Origin: a virus
Taxonomy: Duplodnaviria > Caudoviricetes
Length of the DNA: 42,077 nt
Strand: one strand, 5' to 3'
IMG/VR virus record: IMGVR_UViG_3300020458_000009
Span: 1 to 42,077 of that record
Shown: piece after piece, positions 35,830-42,077 of the stretch
How positions within the stretch are numbered: the first letter of the stretch is position 1
Layout: each line of letters opens with the position of its first letter
Notes under the pieces: model-generated
The model's input: the letters and a program-made list of their open reading frames with translations, nothing else
Database searches by the model: none
What the model was told of the DNA's origin: nothing
Made by a program: the position numbers and the translations under genes

Positions 35830-36891
35830 CTATGCAGGCACAGTTGCAGGGATGTTTGTTGCAGTTCCTTCAATAAGAGAACGCGGACGAGTACACACGT
35901 GTAAGACGTTATGCTGTGTAAACAGCTCAACACCTTCATCATAATCAAGACGTTGCTGTTTAGCATACATCTTTTGGCCCGGCGTATTTACCGTTTCGAT
36001 AAAATTAGCAGGAGCCATATATGATTGGAAAAGGTCATTTACGCCTGTTGCAACGAAATGACATTTATCATCTGCAACAAACGTAACATCTCCGATTAAC
36101 CCACGATAGTTAATCCAAAAGATATTAGCAAAAGGAAAACCATTCATATTCGCGGCATACTCAGAACCAGATTGAAGTTGTCGCAAATACGACCCAGCGG
36201 ACCCATCTGATCCAACCCATCGAGTAAAAGCATCCGTAACATTGGCATGAGAAACTAAAGCATCAAAGAAGCGATCCCCACAAATTCCAATAATACCGGT
36301 GTATGCCGTCTGACCTAATGCAGTTGCCATAGCCCTATGAACTGCTTGAGCATTCAACTTCATATCGTCATTACCCGCACCCATATCAAAGGTTTGAGTA
36401 AGTTGAGAAGTTCCAAACTCCGTAAACAAATTATAAATTGTCGTAGAGTTATCCCCATCAACAATAGTGCCCTTGATAGCACCTAAACGACCAAACTCAA
36501 GTGAAGTTTCATGATTCTCACGCATTCCACTTAAATTTTGATTTACAACATCTGCGATACCTTCGAGTTCACTTTCGGAACCAAAAGATCTAACACCCTG
36601 AATATCATCCGCAAGAATAGTTTGAACTTGAGGATAATGGGGAATTCTCAAATCCCGAATTGTTCGGATAGGTTGAGAACGTGCATTAGTTTTATCTCCA
36701 CGAGCAGCCGAAACTAACAAAGAAAGAGTTCCTTGCTTATCTTCAACTGCAGCCGTGAGTGTACGAATAGGAACATCCTTGAATAGGTTCAAGGATCCTA
36801 AGAGTTTTGGTTGATACGGCATTTTATTAATTGCCGCAGTCAAACTAAACATAGAAAATGCATTAGAATCAAAAACATCAATAGCTGGCAT
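35830..36891 (-). CDS. Major capsid protein (lambda gpE-like family)
   Basis: FSMFSLTAAINKMPYQP, PHYP...ADDIQGVRSFGSE, APANFIETVNTPG, CTRP. Confidence 0.93.
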   Translation of the reverse strand: MPAIDVFDSNAFSMFSLTAAINKMPYQPKLLGSLNLFKDVPIRTLTAAVEDKQGTLSLLVSAARGDKTNARSQPIRTIRDLRIPHYPQVQTILADDIQGVRSFGSESELEGIADVVNQNLSGMRENHETSLEFGRLGAIKGTIVDGDNSTTIYNLFTEFGTSQLTQTFDMGAGNDDMKLNAQAVHRAMATALGQTAYTGIIGICGDRFFDALVSHANVTDAFTRWVGSDGSAGSYLRQLQSGSEYAANMNGFPFANIFWINYRGLIGDVTFVADDKCHFVATGVNDLFQSYMAPANFIETVNTPGQKMYAKQQRLDYDEGVELFTQHNVLHVCTRPRSLIEGTATNIPATVPA

Positions 36892-36923
36892 TAGAATCTC
36901 CGTTATTTCTTAAAGATTGAAAA

Positions 36924-36988
36924 ACTGGACAGTAAGGTTACACACGTACACGCACTAGGAGATGCGGGAAACATCCTTACTGCCCAGT
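36924..36988 (-). promoter_or_regulatory. Long stem upstream of the capsid gene
   Basis: ACTGGACAGTAAGG and CCTTACTGCCCAGT form a 14-bp stem; the single mismatch is a G-U pair on the coding strand. Confidence 0.6.
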
Positions 36989-36996
36989 CAAAGGAG

Positions 36997-37437
36997 TTAG
37001 GTAGACTGTGTAGTAAATTTAGAAGGCTCATCCTTAACAACATAACCAAGAGCTTCTGCCTTCGTTACAATTGCAGCTACTCCACCTGTCCAAGCAGCCG
37101 CAGCCGCATCTGTTGCAGGCCATTTAGCTTGGTTAATTACAGCAGGAGTATTGTTAAGAATGGTATAGGGAGTTGCAACATCTGTTTCTCCAGATGTAGC
37201 AGCAAGAGCAACGATTGGACGCCCTTGAATAATCCAACCAGTAATACTAGCTTGATCTGCATCTAAGGCCAACTCACAAGCAGGGGCTGTTCCTTTAACT
37301 GGATAACCCACTACATCAGCTAAATCTTGTGCTGCTCCTGTAGTATTGGAGATAGTGCTAGTTGCAAAGCAGGTAGCAGCAGACTCCATATGCAACAAAA
37401 AGTCACCGCCCCGACTAGGAATAGTCTTTGTAGCCAT
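36997..37437 (-). CDS. Head decoration protein
   Basis: Ala-rich 146 aa, directly before the gpE-like capsid gene. Confidence 0.75.
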   Translation of the reverse strand: MATKTIPSRGGDFLLHMESAATCFATSTISNTTGAAQDLADVVGYPVKGTAPACELALDADQASITGWIIQGRPIVALAATSGETDVATPYTILNNTPAVINQAKWPATDAAAAAWTGGVAAIVTKAEALGYVVKDEPSKFTTQST

Positions 37438-37475
37438 AGTTTCTCTTCCTCTGAAAATAAATAAGTTTAGTTTAG

Positions 37476-38657
37476 TTACTTAGAAGGAATGCGATTTACC
37501 AAAAGATACGGATCATTTTCTGTACCCTTAAGTTTCTCAGCATCACTTTTAGAGAGTGTCAAAGTCTGTGGTCCTGTTTTTCCACCTAATTCAACGATAT
37601 TATTTTCTGCCATAATATCAATAAAAGTGTCAAACCCATCGTTATGGTTTTGAGATAGAACCAATGAGATTCCATCTTTAGTGCAGAAATTCTCAAGCAT
37701 CTTTTGTTTGACTACTGGAGAAATATTAGAGTGTTGCACTAGTTGAGAAAGTTTAAGTTCTCTATTCTCCTCAACAATTTTTAGCATAGCATCGCTAACT
37801 GGAATTTCAGCAGCTTTCGGAGGATTCGCAGCTTTATAGCCTTTAAACGAAAGCTCCAGCGTATCAAGCTCAGCTTTAACAGCTTCCAATGAAGTGACTC
37901 GGTCTTTCAGACCTTTAACTTCATCCAAGATCGCTTTAGATGCAGCATCTTCACTTGTCTTCTCAGAAAGTTTGAGGCCGATACCATCGGCCAATTCCAA
38001 AATCTTCACCATCGTTACATCCTCAATTTGGGGTTTTGAAAAACTAGCCGCTATAGGAGTATAGCCGTCAAGTTTCGTTACCACGGGGTAACTAGTCACA
38101 GCAACATGTCTAATTGGATAGACATGCTCTACTTTACGAGAATCCTTATACTTGGCTGGAGAATAGAGACTCACTTGGTTTTTAAGACCAATTTTCGCAG
38201 ACTCTTTATCTACAAATTTCATTTTAACAAAAAGACCATCTCTTCCACGAGAATCTTTCTTTACTGAAGCGCCAACAATAGACCCTAGTCTAGCTTCTGG
38301 TGCTTCCGAATGCTCGCTAGTGATAGGTATTTCTATTTCGGCATCATTAAACTCTTTTACTTTTCCTGCCCAATGATCCACAGTAGCTTTATCTGTACTA
38401 AAAGAAAAATCTTCCTTAGTAAAGTTACCAGGGTACATAATTTCTTTTTCATATGTAAAATCATCAATAGCCTGTATTTCATCTAAATCCCCAATACCTC
38501 CAAGAACTAACGCTTCTGTAGCTTTTACAGGCTGTCTATATACCTCAGTCCCCCTAATTACAGCTTGTCTAGGATTCATTCCTTCATCAGAAATAATAAG
38601 AGGAACAGCTCGATCTAAGAAACTACTAAGGGATTCTTTCGGTTTTACAGACGGCAT
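37476..38657 (-). CDS. Prohead protease/scaffold (Mu gpI-like)
   Basis: IPITSEH, VSLY, RHVAVTSYPVV, followed by a coiled-coil scaffold region. Confidence 0.8.
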   Translation of the reverse strand: MPSVKPKESLSSFLDRAVPLIISDEGMNPRQAVIRGTEVYRQPVKATEALVLGGIGDLDEIQAIDDFTYEKEIMYPGNFTKEDFSFSTDKATVDHWAGKVKEFNDAEIEIPITSEHSEAPEARLGSIVGASVKKDSRGRDGLFVKMKFVDKESAKIGLKNQVSLYSPAKYKDSRKVEHVYPIRHVAVTSYPVVTKLDGYTPIAASFSKPQIEDVTMVKILELADGIGLKLSEKTSEDAASKAILDEVKGLKDRVTSLEAVKAELDTLELSFKGYKAANPPKAAEIPVSDAMLKIVEENRELKLSQLVQHSNISPVVKQKMLENFCTKDGISLVLSQNHNDGFDTFIDIMAENNIVELGGKTGPQTLTLSKSDAEKLKGTENDPYLLVNRIPSK

Positions 38658-38666
38658 AATTCTTTC

Positions 38667-39158
38667 CTATAGCTTAAATCCGTTAAACCAAGTAGGCTCA
38701 ACCAAAAGCGTAGTTGTTGCTGAACTAATCGGAATATTAAAAGGTACGGCCCCGCCAATACGTGTCTGACTAAGTTTCAACTGTCCTGTAAGTAGCTGAG
38801 AAATCATTTTATCTACATTCTTTCTCTGCTGTGCAACTGCGTCTTCTGATTCAGAATCTATAACTCTTCGCGTGTCATATAAAATAACACCTGCAATAGA
38901 TGCTGATAGGTATTGCATAATGGCTTCTACTGTTCCTGCTGTAGGATCAGCAGCAGTGCCTCTTACTCCAAAGGGAGGAATATAAGGGCCTTCTCGAAAT
39001 CTACCATCGATGATAGATTTAGACATAAACAGGGACCAGTCAATCCTAGTCCCATCTTTTACTCCGTTATTATCAGCATCTGACCAACGTTCTACTGATT
39101 CCTGACCAAATATATTAAAAACATCAGCTTCATTCCCGTAGTAGTCACCGTCAGCCAT
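38667..39158 (-). CDS. Head-tail adaptor (Mu gp36 / DUF1320-like)
   Basis: Y...DV...FG, IIDGRFREGPYIPPF, LLTGQLKL. Confidence 0.75.
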   Translation of the reverse strand: MADGDYYGNEADVFNIFGQESVERWSDADNNGVKDGTRIDWSLFMSKSIIDGRFREGPYIPPFGVRGTAADPTAGTVEAIMQYLSASIAGVILYDTRRVIDSESEDAVAQQRKNVDKMISQLLTGQLKLSQTRIGGAVPFNIPISSATTTLLVEPTWFNGFKL

Positions 39159-39170
39159 AATTACTCTCGC

Positions 39171-39419
39171 CTAGGTAGTTTGCGTTGACGCTCTTGGAAA
39201 GAATATTTTTTCTTTTACTGTATCTTCTTTTACTGCATCTTCTTTTACTGTGTTCACTGATTCAAATACCGGCTTTTCCTCTCGACCTCTAATAGACGCA
39301 TCTAAGGAGTCTAATAGGCACTGTTTAACACTATTAAGTCTTCTACTCCTACAGACGTGCTGAAGAATGTCTTCTACTGTCTTAATACGTGTTTCTAAGT
39401 CCACTTTCATCTCCTTCAA
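39171..39419 (-). CDS. Hypothetical protein
   Basis: Fills the gap; contains a TVKED-type micro-repeat; start uncertain. Confidence 0.5.
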   Translation of the reverse strand: MKEMKVDLETRIKTVEDILQHVCRSRRLNSVKQCLLDSLDASIRGREEKPVFESVNTVKEDAVKEDTVKEKIFFPRASTQTT

Positions 39420-40800
39420 AGGGCTTGGCGGGCTCTGGTTCAGACATCTCTAATTGTCCTGTTCCAGGCTGTAAAGGAATACCTAACTCTTCAGTCACTG
39501 CACGCACATCAATAATCTCTACCATCCCACTCAATGCATCGCCATTTTGCAATATCCTACTAAATGCATCCTTCAATAAAGAGAATCTTGCATCAATCAA
39601 AGGACTAACTTGGAGACACATAGAATTTTCAAACTTCTCACCATAATTAAATCGAAGAAAAGAATTAACAGGACCACTATTAATTTGATCAACGATTAGT
39701 CTATGCTTCCTGTCAATATTTGATATTCCCGCATCTGCATGTGCTTCAGCATCCGCTTTAGTTCCAAATTTAGCTTCTAAGATAGCACGTTCAGGTATTC
39801 CAAATGCTCTAACTTTAAGATTGTCTAAATACTTTAGTCTGTCTGTAAATTGAGCATTGATATTACTTCCAGCGGAAAGAAGCTCAACTCGCCATTTCCC
39901 TTTCACAGTTTTATCAATATCGTCATCCATCCACTCTTGGACTTCATCAGGTATGGCAGTAGACCCATTAGCTTCAAGGGTACTTAAAACAATCTTTGCA
40001 ATTTCAGCATTGTCTTTTACTTCTTTTGTTTCTCCTGGAAGCCCAAAGGGAGTCTGTCCTACTGGATAATAAATAATCCAATGAGCACCTGCTATCTTCT
40101 GATCAAAGGCATTAGCAGAGTTATTGACATCTAGCCAATTCTTTTGCGTAGAATAAACTTTACCCAAGGAACTAATTCCATACCAATCAGTCCCTTCAAC
40201 TTCTAAGTTAAAATTCAATGCTTGATCTGGGCCTATAGTAACCATATCAGACATGCCAATAGGGGCATTAACAAACCCAAAAAACTTCCCCGTATTCACA
40301 TATACTAAAATATCTGTCCATTCGTGGAGAAGCTGCTTAAACCAAACGGGTACGATTCGTTGTTCATGATCTAATCCCCACACTACTTCAAATGGCGCCC
40401 ATCCCCTATCTATGCACCCAAAAAAAGCATTTTGAATCAATGTCAATCTATGTGGAAAGAATGCTTGTTGTAGTGCCTCTTTGGCCCCCTTAGGCGCTCC
40501 TTCTTTTTCCTCTACTGTCCAAGGAGTTGCAATAGCTGGAGAAATTAAAAGCTCTCTAACTAGTGTAATTGTGGGATCTAACTTAAGTTGTCTAGTTTGA
40601 GATTCAGTTAGACGATACCAAGCACCTTTAACTAACTTAGAGTCTGTTAAAGGAATATCTCTAGTTTGAGGCCCAGATACCGATACTGCACCAGAGTAAT
40701 CAGTTAACCGAATATTAGAGAATCCAGTTAAACTACTCCTTTTATTAAAAGGCTCTAGTGTATTCGCTATACCTTGAATATCTGGTACAATATCAACCAT
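39382..40800 (-). CDS. Portal protein (Mu gp29 / DUF935-like)
   Basis: RGWAPFEVVW, WYGISSL, GTKADAEAH, LRFNYG; 472 aa. Confidence 0.85.
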   Translation of the reverse strand: MVDIVPDIQGIANTLEPFNKRSSLTGFSNIRLTDYSGAVSVSGPQTRDIPLTDSKLVKGAWYRLTESQTRQLKLDPTITLVRELLISPAIATPWTVEEKEGAPKGAKEALQQAFFPHRLTLIQNAFFGCIDRGWAPFEVVWGLDHEQRIVPVWFKQLLHEWTDILVYVNTGKFFGFVNAPIGMSDMVTIGPDQALNFNLEVEGTDWYGISSLGKVYSTQKNWLDVNNSANAFDQKIAGAHWIIYYPVGQTPFGLPGETKEVKDNAEIAKIVLSTLEANGSTAIPDEVQEWMDDDIDKTVKGKWRVELLSAGSNINAQFTDRLKYLDNLKVRAFGIPERAILEAKFGTKADAEAHADAGISNIDRKHRLIVDQINSGPVNSFLRFNYGEKFENSMCLQVSPLIDARFSLLKDAFSRILQNGDALSGMVEIIDVRAVTEELGIPLQPGTGQLEMSEPEPAKPFEGDESGLRNTY

Positions 40801-40801
40801 C

Positions 40802-41125
40802 TTAAGCCACCTCTTCTAGTTTCCTACTGCCTACATTTGATGCTTGAGGAATATCTGCTAACGTAATAATAAGACCTGCTCCATCCCCAGAACCAAAATT
40901 CGTAAGCCGACAACTTAAGCCAGGAGATAAAGTAATTACGGCCGATCCAGCTACAGTAATATATCCGGGATCCCCACTTACAGACGTTGGAACCCAATTT
41001 GTTCCATCGCTATACTCTACTGCAATTGCTTCACCTGCAAAAGTACCTGAGACTCCTAATATCGCCTCACGCCCTACCCAGGTAAAGGGTGTAACCAGTG
41101 GATACACTTGAGGAGGTACTGCCAT
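40802..41125 (-). CDS. Hypothetical protein, possibly structural
   Basis: SGTFAG...VEYSDGTNWV beta-rich pattern. Confidence 0.7.
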   Translation of the reverse strand: MAVPPQVYPLVTPFTWVGREAILGVSGTFAGEAIAVEYSDGTNWVPTSVSGDPGYITVAGSAVITLSPGLSCRLTNFGSGDGAGLIITLADIPQASNVGSRKLEEVA

Positions 41126-41136
41126 CTAATAAGTCC

Positions 41137-41325
41137 TTAAAACAAGATAATTATTAATGTAATCATCCCCAGGAAGAGACCTTTTGAGGGCTTCCTAGCT
41201 AAAATAGAAGTAGTTCGCCTAGTAACTCGCATAGACGAAATATCTTGGTCATCTAAATCAGGGCCAATCAATATTTCAGTCCCACCAATCATCAGTACTT
41301 TGGAATTTATTGAAACTAATGACAT
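41137..41325 (-). CDS. Small protein with a hydrophobic C-terminus
   Basis: 62 aa, ends GLFLGMITLIIILF. Confidence 0.55.
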   Translation of the reverse strand: MSLVSINSKVLMIGGTEILIGPDLDDQDISSMRVTRRTTSILARKPSKGLFLGMITLIIILF

Positions 41326-41336
41326 TAATTCATTCC

Positions 41337-41723
41337 TTAGCGCCCTGTACCTGCACTCATAAGTCTTTTAACTTCAGCAAGGGTAGCAGCGTCGGTACGT
41401 TCAGTGATTGTGGAACTATCACGAAGACTTATCATGTTAGCTTCTACGAGTTTTGCTACCGATATTACAATTATGTCTAACCCCGAAACATTATCAAGAG
41501 TTGCAAGAGCTGTTGCTGTTTTTCTAGCATCAGAAGAATCTTCTGCTACTTCTGCTGCGGTTAAAGGAGAGTGTAAAACATCATTAAAGTCAGCAGGCCA
41601 GGAATCAGCCTCTAATACAATCCAATCCCCTGCAAGAGCCCTGCCTGTGTTGCCTGGAGGGGCTTGTTGTCCCGATGTAAGTCTAAACTTAAACAGCGCC
41701 ATTTGATTTCTCCACATACCCAA
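41337..41723 (-). CDS. Hypothetical protein
   Basis: 128 aa; the likely start is MALFK at 41702. Confidence 0.65.
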   Translation of the reverse strand: MGMWRNQMALFKFRLTSGQQAPPGNTGRALAGDWIVLEADSWPADFNDVLHSPLTAAEVAEDSSDARKTATALATLDNVSGLDIIVISVAKLVEANMISLRDSSTITERTDAATLAEVKRLMSAGTGR

Positions 41724-42075
41724 GAGTTGTTATTTTTGACATGTCCGGTAACAGTCCTCTCTCTTTTGCAAAAGCAGCTGGACATTTTTTATACTTACTG
41801 TACATGTCACGAAGAAATTTACATTCCCATGAATTAAATTCTTCTGGAACAACTTCATTTCCAATAGCACTATGTGCTCGAAGTTTAGTCTCGCATTCTT
41901 TCAAGAATGCTTCAATGTCTAACTGCGCCATACAAGAAGGAATACCTAGATTTTGAAAATAAATAAAATTTCCAGTATCTACCACATTTCCTCTGGATCT
42001 TGCCGCACAAAGAGCTTGAGAGAAGGCCATAATAATATGATGCTTAGGCTCTTCCTCTTCTTCATCCTGTTCAGT
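41689..42075 (-). CDS. Hypothetical protein, probably 5'-truncated by the window edge
   Basis: The frame stays open upstream of 42030 (TEQDEEEEEPKHHIMAF...) to the window end. Confidence 0.6.
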   Translation of the reverse strand, partial: TEQDEEEEEPKHHIIMAFSQALCAARSRGNVVDTGNFIYFQNLGIPSCMAQLDIEAFLKECETKLRAHSAIGNEVVPEEFNSWECKFLRDMYSKYKKCPAAFAKERGLLPDMSKITTLGYVEKSNGAV

Positions 42076-42077
42076 GA

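Noticed and set aside
1-42077. Complete circular genome or prophage with att sites
   Set aside because: No terminal overlap, terminase, integrase or host genes are visible, and reading frames are open at both edges

Overview
The window is a fragment of a tailed dsDNA phage genome, probably a siphovirus since no sheath gene is seen. Coding sequence appears to run off both edges and no terminase is visible. The + strand (about 0.7-21 kb) carries small early genes, a SNF2 helicase, a thermonuclease, a permuted GHKL ATPase, a DUF6011 protein, a primase-MCM helicase fusion, a VRR-NUC nuclease and a family A DNA polymerase. The - strand (42-21 kb) carries Mu-like portal, adaptor and protease genes, a lambda gpE-like capsid, tail genes with a -1 frameshift chaperone, a Cys-rich repeat fibre and an atypical end cassette. 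That cassette is a secreted CxxCH cytochrome c-like protein, a secreted Pro-linker protein, an MMP-like zymogen and a holin-like ORF missed by the ORF track, with no classical endolysin. An SHD1 protein and a planctomycete-style HTH suggest a Planctomycetota host (inference). Notable non-coding signals are a family of sigma28-like promoters with a fixed 15-nt spacer, an rrn-like boxB/boxA leader, a tRNA-like element with an aberrant anticodon arm, and many long intergenic hairpins. All family assignments come from motif recognition by eye; no searches were run.
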